DNA from: Candidatus Latescibacterota bacterium
GTDB lineage: Bacteria; Latescibacterota; UBA2968
NCBI GenBank assembly: GCA_038279365.1
Contig: JAYODI010000001.1
Coordinates: 32,001 to 96,000 of the forward strand
Direction of reading: 5' to 3'
DNA: 64,000 nt
A program made the position numbers and the translations under genes. The stretch's first letter is position 1. Each line of letters starts with the position of its first letter. The notes beneath the pieces were generated by a model. That model saw only the letters and a list, made by a program, of their open reading frames with translations. It had not been told where the DNA came from and ran no database searches. Of the stretch, positions 19,768 through 28,502 are shown one piece after another.

Positions 19768-22179
19768 ATGACCAATAAAGAAAAGCCCTTAGGCAGTGTA
19801 AGTGCAATTGAAACCTATAGTCTTCCTGCTGAATTGCCCATGTTGGTGAGTTCGGAGGTGGTGATCTACCCTCTTATGGCGGCTCCTTTGTTGTTAGAAG
19901 ACGAGCGTGGGGCCAAGGCTGTAGAGGCGGCTGTTGAAGCGGGGCATAAGGTGGTGGCCATTTTTGGTCAGTTGACATCGGCAGATAAAATGGGCGAAGA
20001 GATCCAACGTGAGCATTTGTATCCTGTGGGAACGGCTCTGTATATTGCGCGTTCTACACGTACACCCGATGGTCGGATGCAGGTGTTGGTACAAGGAATG
20101 GGGCGCGTGGGTTTGGAAGATGTTTTGCAGTCGCGCCCGATTGCTATCGCACGTGTAAAAAAGCTCCAAACGGCGGTGGAAAAGAGTGTAGAACTGGAGG
20201 CTTTGGGGCGCAATGTGTTTGGGCAGTTTAAAAAGGCTGTGGCATTGGCACCCAATGTGCCCAAAGAAATTGTGGGGGCTTTGGATGCTTTGCCTGAGAT
20301 CGAGTACAAAGCCGATTTTATTGCTTCGCAGTTGAATGTGAGTTTTGAGGATCAGCAAAAAGTACTGAGTGAATTGAATTTGTTTCGTCGGTTAAAAACG
20401 ATCAATCAATTTTTGAATTATGAAGTTGAAATTTTGGAAATGCGGCAAAAGATTCATTCTGAGGCGGCAGGTTCCATGGAAGATGCCCAGCGCGAATATT
20501 TTTTGCGCCAACAACTTAAGGCCATTCAGGAAGAATTGGGAGATGGTGTTGATACGGGGGCAGATTTGGAAGACTTGCGTGAAAGGATAGAAGCCGCAGG
20601 TTTGCCAGATGAGGCCAAAAAAGAAGCCGATCGAGAACTCAAACGATTGGTGCGGATGTCTGAAGCATCACCTGAATATTCTGTGTCGCGCACATATTTG
20701 GATTGGATGGCAGATTTGCCGTGGCAAAAAAGAACCACCGATCATTTGGATATCAAAAAAGCAGAGCGCATTTTGGATGCCGATCATTATGGGTTGGAAA
20801 AACCCAAAGAGCGCATTTTGGAGTATTTGTCCGTACAGCATTTAAAGAAAAACATGCGTGGTCCCATTTTGCTTTTGGTGGGCCCACCGGGCACAGGCAA
20901 AACCTCTTTGGGGCGTTCGGTAGCACGCGCATTGGGGCGTGAGTTTGTGCGGATGTCTTTGGGTGGGGTGCGCGATGAGTCTGAAATTCGTGGGCACCGT
21001 CGTACGTATGTGGGCTCATTGCCTGGGCGTATTATTCAGGGATTGCGTCGGGCAGGCACCAAAAATCCTGTGTTTATGCTGGATGAACTGGACAAGTTGG
21101 GTGCCGATTTTCGGGGCGATCCTTCGGCGGCCTTGTTAGAGGTTTTGGACCCGCAACAAAACAACAGCTTTGTGGATCATTATTTGGATGTGCCGTTTGA
21201 TTTGTCGGAGGTGTTGTTTGTGGCTACGGCCAACTCTTTGCACACCATTCCTCCAGCTTTGATGGATCGTTTGGAGGTGTTGGAGGTTTCGGGATATACC
21301 GAAGCTGAAAAACAAGAGATTGCACGTAAATATTTGGTGAAACGCCAAATTTCCGAACACGGTTTAACGGCCAAACGCGTGTCGTTTGATAAGGCCGCTG
21401 TTTTGGAAGTGATTCAACACTATACCCGTGAAGCGGGTTTGCGCAATCTTGAGCGTGAGATTGGTACGATTACGCGAAAAATTACGCGCAAGTTTGCCCA
21501 AGGCAGACGGCGCAAGGTGCGGGTGCAACAAAAGGATGTGGCTGAATATTTGGGGCCGCGTCGTTATCGGCACGAAGTGACCGAAGAAGAGCATGAGGTG
21601 GGTGTTGCTGCGGGTTTGGCTTGGACGCCTGTGGGCGGTGATGTGTTGTTTGTTGAGGCTTCGGTGCTTCCGGGTAAAGGTGGGCTGAAGTTGACGGGGC
21701 AAGTGGGCGATGTGATGAAAGAGTCTGCACAAGCGGCCATGACCTATGTGCGGTCGCGGTGGGATTCGTTGGATTTGGATGAAAACTTCAATGAAAAGAA
21801 AGACGTGCATATCCACGTGCCAGCAGGTGCGGTGCCCAAAGATGGGCCTTCGGCAGGTATTACCATGGCCACAGTGTTGGCCTCGGTGTTTACCAACCGC
21901 CCCATTCGTAAAGATGTGGCGATGACGGGTGAGGTGACGTTGCGTGGAAAAGTGATGCCTATTGGGGGCGTGCGTGATAAGGTTCTGGCGGCTCATCGTG
22001 CAGGTGTAAAGACGGTGATTTTGCCAGAGGCCAATCGCAACGATGTGAGTGAGATACCCGATTCGGTGCGCAAAGGTTTGCGACTTGTGTTTGTGTCACA
22101 TATGGATCAGGTGTTGGAAACGGCGCTTTTTAAACGCCGTCGAAAACCACAGATGACACCTGTTTTGAGTGCGAATTAG
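19768..22179 (+). CDS. lon: ATP-dependent protease La
   Basis: Lon N domain, [31 protein letters not shown] catalytic Ser; CAGGAG RBS. Confidence 0.99.
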   Translation: MTNKEKPLGSVSAIETYSLPAELPMLVSSEVVIYPLMAAPLLLEDERGAKAVEAAVEAGHKVVAIFGQLTSADKMGEEIQREHLYPVGTALYIARSTRTPDGRMQVLVQGMGRVGLEDVLQSRPIAIARVKKLQTAVEKSVELEALGRNVFGQFKKAVALAPNVPKEIVGALDALPEIEYKADFIASQLNVSFEDQQKVLSELNLFRRLKTINQFLNYEVEILEMRQKIHSEAAGSMEDAQREYFLRQQLKAIQEELGDGVDTGADLEDLRERIEAAGLPDEAKKEADRELKRLVRMSEASPEYSVSRTYLDWMADLPWQKRTTDHLDIKKAERILDADHYGLEKPKERILEYLSVQHLKKNMRGPILLLVGPPGTGKTSLGRSVARALGREFVRMSLGGVRDESEIRGHRRTYVGSLPGRIIQGLRRAGTKNPVFMLDELDKLGADFRGDPSAALLEVLDPQQNNSFVDHYLDVPFDLSEVLFVATANSLHTIPPALMDRLEVLEVSGYTEAEKQEIARKYLVKRQISEHGLTAKRVSFDKAAVLEVIQHYTREAGLRNLEREIGTITRKITRKFAQGRRRKVRVQQKDVAEYLGPRRYRHEVTEEEHEVGVAAGLAWTPVGGDVLFVEASVLPGKGGLKLTGQVGDVMKESAQAAMTYVRSRWDSLDLDENFNEKKDVHIHVPAGAVPKDGPSAGITMATVLASVFTNRPIRKDVAMTGEVTLRGKVMPIGGVRDKVLAAHRAGVKTVILPEANRNDVSEIPDSVRKGLRLVFVSHMDQVLETALFKRRRKPQMTPVLSAN

Positions 22180-22186
22180 GCAATAT

Positions 22187-22291
22187 GTGAGGCAATGCTC
22201 GAAAGAAAAATACTGGCATTTCAATATATCGGTGAGAAAGGCTAGTAGACTTGAAAGACAAATCTATTACACAAGCCAAGCTGGAATCTGA
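22187..22291 (+). pseudogene. probable C-terminal remnant of a BrnT-family toxin
   Basis: frame reads ...FNISVRKASRLERQIYY, resembling the BrnT end motif IISARKA..RE...Y; overlaps the antitoxin-like ORF start. Confidence 0.5.
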
Positions 22292-22487
22292 TGGTCGTGT
22301 TGTCCAACTGCTACCTGATGGACTAACTCAGCCGATGAAAGATGAAACGGATTTGGAACGATTGAAGGCGCCTGCAGATGAAGATATTCGACGGCAAATC
22401 GCTGCAGATCCAGATGTAGCCCCTATTTTAGATGAGGATTTTTGGTCTCAGGCCGTGTTGATCTTTCCAGCATTCGAAAAGATATAA
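22251..22487 (+). pseudogene. truncated BrnA-like/HTH-type antitoxin (N-terminal part only)
   Basis: TDLERLKA..DEDI...IAADPD.APILDEDFW motif; stops before any DNA-binding domain. Confidence 0.55.
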
Positions 22488-22515
22488 GGTTCACTTTTTT
22501 TAGAAATGACAAGTC

Positions 22516-22550
22516 AAAAGCCCGTTCCATTGTTTGGAACGGGCTTTTTT
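22516..22550. terminator. bidirectional intrinsic terminator
   Basis: AAAAGCCCGTTCCA-TTGTT-TGGAACGGGCTTTTTT between convergent genes. Confidence 0.85.
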
Positions 22551-22579
22551 AGGTTGTCCTGGTCTACAGATACTGCGGG

Positions 22580-22819
22580 TTATGAAACACGTTTTTGAAT
22601 ATGGGGTTGGATTTCTTCATATTCTGGAAAACGTTTTTCTTGGAGCTTGGAAAAAACGAGTTCGCCATCTATGGTGACTTCAAACCGGCCGCCGCTGGAT
22701 GGATAAAGGGTCATGGCTTCAATGTCTTGTTTGAACTCGTTGATGATCTTGTCCGTCATACTGACGGCTTGTTTTTCGTAGCCTCAGGCCGCGCAATATT
22801 CGATTTCTACGGTTGCCAT
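22580..22819 (-). CDS. Rdx-family (SelW/SelT/SelH-like) selenoprotein, 79 aa, Sec12
   Basis: AGGAGG RBS, ATG 22819, MATVEIEYCAA(TGA)GYEKQAV...SGGRFEVTIDGELVFSKLQEKRFPE; in-frame TGA at 22786-22784 in the CxxU position. Confidence 0.93.
22753..22767 (-). promoter_or_regulatory. putative bacterial SECIS hairpin
   Basis: CCGUCA-GUA-UGACGG stem-loop starting 16 nt after the UGA, with G at the start of the apical loop. Confidence 0.75.
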
Positions 22820-22863
22820 TGTTGCCTCCTTAAAAAGAGTGGAAAATAACCACACGGTGTGAT

Positions 22864-23697
22864 TTACAAAACGGTTTGTCTAAAAAAGGCCGAAGTGCGT
22901 TTGGGTAAAAAGTGGGCAAGGTGCTCTAAGTCGAGCGTGGTGCCTAATTCTTCTGCGGCATGAATGATGTTGTGCCAATATTCGGCGTAGGTGTCATGGG
23001 CCAATGTGGTGTCGGTTTGGGTGCTAAAATCATCGGCTTGTTTGCGATTGGACGGAAATGGATAACCGCCTGTGCAAAAGAAACTGCCCACATAATCATA
23101 ATGTTGTTGGCACAAATTGTCAAAGTTCTCGTATTGCGTGGGGGTTGTGAATTGTTCGGCAGCGCGAATGAGGTGATAACCAAAATAGGCCATAGCGGGG
23201 TTAGAAATGCGCATTTTGTTTTGTTTGGCATTGTTGCCGTGCACACTGCGAATAACAGGGCTTGGCAGGTAAATTTCTTTGCGGTGGCGTTGGGTGCGTC
23301 GGTTATAGCCAAACCCGTCTAAGATAAAACCGCTTGTTGAGCGAATGGTGAGTGGCAATCGCTTGTAAGAGAAGCGATCTGCTTGCCTTGAAACGGCTTC
23401 TGATGTAAAGGCTGGAATGCCAAAAAGTGCGCTGTAAGCATAACAAAAAATTTTATACGCACGGGGCAGTGGGAGCCAGAAGACGTCGCCCATTTTGCGA
23501 GCGGCTTCTTCTTTGCTGGTTTCGAGAAAGAATGATTCTGGCGAATGGGCGTCTTGGTCGGGCGATTTTGTACCGTTGAATGTCTCAACGAGGCGATTTA
23601 TTTCGGCCCATTCGCGCTGCTGGTTTGGGTGCTCCAAAACAAGTTTTCTCCAAAAAGAAGGTCTGTTGGAATATACACGATATGAACAGGGCGTCAA
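22864..23697 (-). CDS. hypothetical protein, possibly distant MpaB/Lcp-like (DUF2236) oxygenase fold
   Basis: 277-aa ORF filling the gap; KRL..T and IRSVH segments loosely recall that family; start codon uncertain. Confidence 0.6.
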   Translation of the reverse strand: MTPCSYRVYSNRPSFWRKLVLEHPNQQREWAEINRLVETFNGTKSPDQDAHSPESFFLETSKEEAARKMGDVFWLPLPRAYKIFCYAYSALFGIPAFTSEAVSRQADRFSYKRLPLTIRSTSGFILDGFGYNRRTQRHRKEIYLPSPVIRSVHGNNAKQNKMRISNPAMAYFGYHLIRAAEQFTTPTQYENFDNLCQQHYDYVGSFFCTGGYPFPSNRKQADDFSTQTDTTLAHDTYAEYWHNIIHAAEELGTTLDLEHLAHFLPKRTSAFFRQTVL

Positions 23698-23792
23698 TTG
23701 TTTGAAGGGTTTTGTGCTTGACTGCTTTTCTAAGTGAACTTATTTTCCCTAAATCTATGTAATATATGAAAAAACAAAAGAAAGAGGTTTCT

Positions 23793-25310
23793 ATGAACCA
23801 GGCGAAGCAGGCCTATGAGGCATTGATTGCCGAAGTCAAACAGATTGCCATTTTGGGTTCGTGTGCCAGTGTGTTGGGTTGGGATGAACAAACTTACATG
23901 CCCAAAGGCGGTGTCACGCACCGCAGTGAGCAATTGTCTTTGTTGGCGGGTTTGACACATGAGCGGTTTACAGCGCCACAAATTGGCGATTGGTTGGCAC
24001 AGATAGAAGGCAGTGATCTGGTTTCTGACCGATTGTCAGTTGAAGCCGTCAATGTGCGCGAAATACGCCGTGGATATGATCGTTCAACCAAGTTGCCTCA
24101 AAAATTGGTGCAAGAATTGGCACGTATGACCACTGTTGGTCAGCAAGCCTGGGCTGAGGCACGTTCCAAATCGGACTTTGCATCTTTTCAGCCGCATTTG
24201 GAAGCGATTTTGGATTTAAAGAAACAAGAAGCGGCGGCTTTGGGTGGGGGTAAAACACCTTATGATGCCTTGTTGGATGAATATGAACCGGGTGAGACAA
24301 CTGAAAACTTAACCCAGGTTTTTACTGCACTGCGCAATGAATTGGTGGCGTTGGTTGGCGCGATTGTCGAGTCGGGCAAAAAGCCCAATTTGGATATTGT
24401 GAAACGCCATTGCCCAAAAGACAAACAAGCAGAGTTTGGCAAAATGGTGGCCGCTCAGATTGGTTTTGATTTTGAGCGGGGGCGTTTGGATGAAACGGCG
24501 CATCCTTTTTGCAGTGGTTTTGGGCCGGGTGATACACGGTTGACGACGCGGTATGACGAATACTTTTTCCCGCAGGCCTTGTTTGGCACCATGCACGAAG
24601 CAGGGCATGGCATTTATGATCAGGGCTTAAATGCCGATTATTATGGTACCCCTATGGGCAATTCAACGTCTTTGGGCATTCATGAATCGCAGTCGCGTAT
24701 GTGGGAAAATTTTGTGGGGCGCAGTCGTTCATTTTGGACGCACTTTTTCCCCAAGGCCCAAGCGACATTTCCAGATGCTTTTGGAAATGTTTCTGTGGAT
24801 GATTTTTATTTTGCAATCAATAATGTGGAGGCGTCCTTTATTCGGGTAGAAGCCGATGAAGTGACGTATAATTTGCACATTTTGTTGCGCTTTGAGATGG
24901 AACAAGCCTTGATGAATGGTGGCCTGAAAGCGATTGATGTGCCAGATGCTTGGAATGAAACATTTAAAAAATACTTTGGTATTGTGCCACCTGATGATGC
25001 ACATGGGTGTTTGCAAGATATTCACTGGAGTTTTGGGGGCATTGGTTATTTTCCAACCTATACATTGGGCAATTTGTATGCGGCGCAGTTGTTTGAGCAA
25101 GCCCGCGTGGATGTGGGCGATTTGGATACCCAATTTGCGGCGGGTGATTTTTTGCCATTGAAAAACTGGTTGAATGAAAAGATTCACCAACCGGGGCAAA
25201 AATATCGCGCCAGTGAATTGGTGGAAGTGGTCACGGGCAAACCCCTAAGCCATGCCCCATTGATTCGGCATTTGAAGACGAAGTTTGGGGCGTTGTATGG
25301 ATTGGGATGA
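23793..25310 (+). CDS. carboxypeptidase M32 (carboxypeptidase Taq family)
   Basis: LGWDEQTYMP, HPF, HEAGH zinc motif, HESQSR, IRVEADE, GCLQDIHW, GYFPTYTLG. Confidence 0.97.
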   Translation: MNQAKQAYEALIAEVKQIAILGSCASVLGWDEQTYMPKGGVTHRSEQLSLLAGLTHERFTAPQIGDWLAQIEGSDLVSDRLSVEAVNVREIRRGYDRSTKLPQKLVQELARMTTVGQQAWAEARSKSDFASFQPHLEAILDLKKQEAAALGGGKTPYDALLDEYEPGETTENLTQVFTALRNELVALVGAIVESGKKPNLDIVKRHCPKDKQAEFGKMVAAQIGFDFERGRLDETAHPFCSGFGPGDTRLTTRYDEYFFPQALFGTMHEAGHGIYDQGLNADYYGTPMGNSTSLGIHESQSRMWENFVGRSRSFWTHFFPKAQATFPDAFGNVSVDDFYFAINNVEASFIRVEADEVTYNLHILLRFEMEQALMNGGLKAIDVPDAWNETFKKYFGIVPPDDAHGCLQDIHWSFGGIGYFPTYTLGNLYAAQLFEQARVDVGDLDTQFAAGDFLPLKNWLNEKIHQPGQKYRASELVEVVTGKPLSHAPLIRHLKTKFGALYGLG

Positions 25311-25313
25311 GGC

Positions 25314-25414
25314 GCAAACGGCAAACGAATCAACCATGTGACTTGATTGCGTGATTGGTTTGTTTCTTCGGTTTTAAAGGTTGTACATTTGGCGTTTCAC
25401 GTTTGGCATTTCAC
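25314..25414. repeat. heptamer-periodic inverted repeat element
   Basis: GCAAACG x2 at left; CATTTGG CGTTTCA CGTTTGG CATTTCA at 25386-25413. Confidence 0.65.
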
Positions 25415-25441
25415 TGTTTTTAAGATTTTGAAAGGTTTTTT

Positions 25442-26395
25442 GTGACCCCATTGCCCATTATATTTGACACCGACCCAGGTGTAGATGATGCATTGGCATT
25501 GATGTTGGCACTGGCTTCGCCAGAGTTGAATGTGCTGGGTGTGTGTACTGTAAATGGGAATGTGTCGATAGATATATGTACGCGCAATGCTTTGGGGGTG
25601 TTGGCTTTGTTGAACAGATCGGATGTGCCCGTTTATCGTGGGGCGGATCAACCTTTGGTGCGCACTCCTGTTTATGCAACGGATGTGCATGGCATTGAGG
25701 GGATGGGGGCTGTGGTATTGCCCCCCACTAAAGCGGTGGCCAAAGAAAATGCTCCTGCGTTTTTGGTGGAACAATTGACGCAACGGCCCAACGAGATAAC
25801 GGTGATTGCAGTGGGGCCTTTGACCAATTTGGCTTTGGCAGAAAAAGAGTTACCCGGGGTGCTCAAAAAAGCGAAGCGTATCATTGCTATGGGGGGGGCT
25901 GTTGTGGCTCCGGGAAATGCGTCGGCCACTGCGGAGTTCAACTTTTTTGCAGATCCTCATGCGGCTCAAGATGTGATTCGATCTGGGCCAAATTTGACAT
26001 TGGTGCCCTTAGATGCCACCCACCAAGTGGGATTGACCGAAACGGTTATTCGACAAAAGATCGAACCATTGGGTACACCCATGTCCAAATTTGTGGTGGA
26101 TGCCGTGGCCAATGTGTTGGCTTATGGTGAACGTTTGGGGCGTGAAGCGGTGGTTTATATGCACGATCCATTGGCTGTGGGTGTGGCCATTGCATCGTCA
26201 TTGTTTGATTGTTTGCAGTTTAATCTGGATGTTGAAACCATGGGGGAGTTGACGATGGGACAACTGGTTTCTGACCGTCGTCAAGCACCTGCTACAGGGC
26301 GATTGGGACATGCAACGACCTGTGTGATGGGTGTGCAAGCCGATGGGTTTTTAGATCTGTTTTTAGAACGTGTTTTGGGTATTCACCCCGAGTAA
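25442..26395 (+). CDS. inosine-uridine preferring nucleoside hydrolase
   Basis: DTDPGVDDA, GN, HG, GPLTNLA, MGG, AEFN, HDPL. Confidence 0.95.
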   Translation: MTPLPIIFDTDPGVDDALALMLALASPELNVLGVCTVNGNVSIDICTRNALGVLALLNRSDVPVYRGADQPLVRTPVYATDVHGIEGMGAVVLPPTKAVAKENAPAFLVEQLTQRPNEITVIAVGPLTNLALAEKELPGVLKKAKRIIAMGGAVVAPGNASATAEFNFFADPHAAQDVIRSGPNLTLVPLDATHQVGLTETVIRQKIEPLGTPMSKFVVDAVANVLAYGERLGREAVVYMHDPLAVGVAIASSLFDCLQFNLDVETMGELTMGQLVSDRRQAPATGRLGHATTCVMGVQADGFLDLFLERVLGIHPE

Positions 26396-26400
26396 TCAAT

Positions 26401-27684
26401 ATGTTCAATTCATTTTTGGCCTACATCATAATTGTGTTGATTGTACTGATTGGCATCGGTGCCGGTGGTTATCGCGCCTGGTTTCGGCGAAGCAACCAAT
26501 TGGTACAGTTGGCACCCAATGCGGCCGTGTCTTTGGGCATCTTTGGAACTTTTGTAGGTGTGTATATTGGCTTGCAAGGATTTGATGTACAAAACATCAG
26601 TGCCAGTATTCCTTTGTTGTTAGATGGTCTGAAGACTGCGTTTATGACCTCTATTTGGGGTATTGCGGTTTCTATTGGGTTGCGGTTGTTATATGGTCGA
26701 TTGGACGATGCAGAATCCGATGGCTCTGTGCAATCGGATGATCCGATGGTGTTGTTGCAAGGCATTTTGAATGGGGTTGAGAAGTTGGGGCATCAAACCG
26801 AAAAACAAACCCAGCAAATGACAGAAGCCATTGCACAGTTGAATGCCTCTGCAAATGCGCGTATGGAAACGGTGTTGGGGGCCGTCACGCAAACGCGTGA
26901 AGCCATGGTGACATCGTTTGATGCGTTTTCTGATCGGTTAACAGAAAATGGTATGGATACATTGGTTCAAGCTTTGGAAAAGGTGATTCAAGACTTTAAT
27001 GCGCTTTTGGGCGAGCTTGTTGGCAGTGCTTTTCAAGATTTGCGCGAAGCGGTGATGCGTTTGGTGGAGTGGCAGGGCAATTATCGCGATGATATGGAAA
27101 CCATGCGTGAAAGATTGGAGACTTTGCTTTCCCAGTCGGCCTCGTCAACAGATGTGCTCAATCGCTCAGCGGAATCTTTGGCCTTGGTGGATGATCGCTT
27201 AGAAAGCACGACGCGGTCCCTTGAAAAGCTGACCCTACATTCAACCGATTTGGAGCATCATGTTGAAGCTTTGCGGAATCAAAATGCGCAATTACAAGTG
27301 AGTTTAGAGAGTGTGCGGGCCTTGGGAGAATCGGCCAAAGATGTGATCCCTACAGTAGACAAACAGGTGCGTGAAATGGTTGATTCTTTGGTGCGTGCGG
27401 CGGCAGACAGTGCCTCACATTTAGAGCGTGCCAATGCCTCCTTGTCTCAGTTTGTAGAATCGACCACACAAACACTACAACAATCGGTAGAATCCCAAAC
27501 GGAGGCCATGCAAGCGGCCATTACGCGTTTGGATACGTCTTTGGAAGAGGAGTTGACCAAGGCACTTAATTCTTTGGCAGGGAGCTTGGCGGCATTGTCG
27601 GAACGGTTTGTACGCGATTATCAACCCCTGACAGAACGGTTACGCGAGGTGGTGCGCTTGGCGGAGACGGTGTATGATCGGTAG
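26401..27684 (+). CDS. zorA: Zorya ZorA-like MotA/TolQ/ExbB membrane protein with long helical tail
   Basis: three N-terminal TM segments with LGIFGTFVG and LLDGLKTAF.TS; about 320-aa helical tail; overlaps zorB. Confidence 0.85.
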   Translation: MFNSFLAYIIIVLIVLIGIGAGGYRAWFRRSNQLVQLAPNAAVSLGIFGTFVGVYIGLQGFDVQNISASIPLLLDGLKTAFMTSIWGIAVSIGLRLLYGRLDDAESDGSVQSDDPMVLLQGILNGVEKLGHQTEKQTQQMTEAIAQLNASANARMETVLGAVTQTREAMVTSFDAFSDRLTENGMDTLVQALEKVIQDFNALLGELVGSAFQDLREAVMRLVEWQGNYRDDMETMRERLETLLSQSASSTDVLNRSAESLALVDDRLESTTRSLEKLTLHSTDLEHHVEALRNQNAQLQVSLESVRALGESAKDVIPTVDKQVREMVDSLVRAAADSASHLERANASLSQFVESTTQTLQQSVESQTEAMQAAITRLDTSLEEELTKALNSLAGSLAALSERFVRDYQPLTERLREVVRLAETVYDR

Positions 27685-28387
27685 GCGAAAAATACGATTT
27701 GATGGAGACAGTGAATGGGTGTCGATTTCGGACTTGATGTCGGGATTGATGGTCATTTTTTTATTTTTTGCTGTGAGCTATATGTATGATGTACAGCAAA
27801 GTCAAAAACGCATTCAGCGCATTGCGGTGGCGTATCGCGATTTACAAACCACTTTATATGAAGATTTGTTGCGAGAATTTAAAGATGATTTGCCACGTTG
27901 GAAAGCCACATTGGATCGCGAAACTTTGGCCATTCGGTTTGGGGAACCCGATGTATTGTTTCAAGTGGGCAGTGCCGATGTCTCTTCGCGTTTTCAAGAT
28001 ATTTTGAGCGATTTTTTCCCTCGCTATATTCGCATTATTGCTTCGGATGTGTATCGTGAAAATGTTGAAGAGATTCGCATTGAAGGCCATACGTCTTCCG
28101 AATGGCTTTATAACGTGACCCAAGAAGAAGCGTATTTTTTAAATATGAAATTGTCGCAAGATCGCACGCGTTCGGTTTTGCATTTTTGTTTGGATGTTTT
28201 ACAAAAAAAAGACAACAAAGATTGGGTTCGCAACCATATTACTGCCAATGGGTTGTCGTCTAGCCAGCCTATTTTGATGGCTGATGGCTTGGAAGATATG
28301 GCCGGATCGCGGCGGGTGGAATTTCGCACGCGTACCAATGCAGAAAAGAAAGTGGTGGAAATTATACAGGAGATGGAAGGGATGTAG
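27674..28387 (+). CDS. zorB: Zorya type II ZorB (MotB/OmpA-like)
   Basis: WVSISDLMSGLM TM with conserved Asp; PDVLF, FFPRY, IRIEGHTS, AYFLNMKLSQDRTRSV, SRRVEF. Confidence 0.9.
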   Translation: MIGRRKIRFDGDSEWVSISDLMSGLMVIFLFFAVSYMYDVQQSQKRIQRIAVAYRDLQTTLYEDLLREFKDDLPRWKATLDRETLAIRFGEPDVLFQVGSADVSSRFQDILSDFFPRYIRIIASDVYRENVEEIRIEGHTSSEWLYNVTQEEAYFLNMKLSQDRTRSVLHFCLDVLQKKDNKDWVRNHITANGLSSSQPILMADGLEDMAGSRRVEFRTRTNAEKKVVEIIQEMEGM

Positions 28388-28392
28388 GGAAG

Positions 28393-28448
28393 TTAAAAAT
28401 TAAAAATGTAAAATTGAAAACGGCAGACGGCAGACGGCAAATGTGAGA
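28393..28448 (+). repeat. eight in-register degenerate heptamers between zorB and zorE
   Basis: TTAAAAA TTAAAAA TGTAAAA TTGAAAA CGGCAGA CGGCAGA CGGCAAA TGTGAGA. Confidence 0.8.
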
Positions 28449-28502
28449 CATCTTAGATTGAGTGATGGAGAAATGTTGTTGGTTTGGTGAGTATGAGGGG
28501 TT

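Noticed and set aside
22595-22849. 84-aa plus-strand ORF in the track
   Set aside because: Antisense shadow of the Rdx selenoprotein, which has the RBS, family motifs and SECIS-like hairpin
26401-28387. Flagellar MotAB or ExbBD/TolQR
   Set aside because: Long helical tail, type II ZorB motifs and a downstream HNH-fold gene; no flagellar or TonB genes nearby
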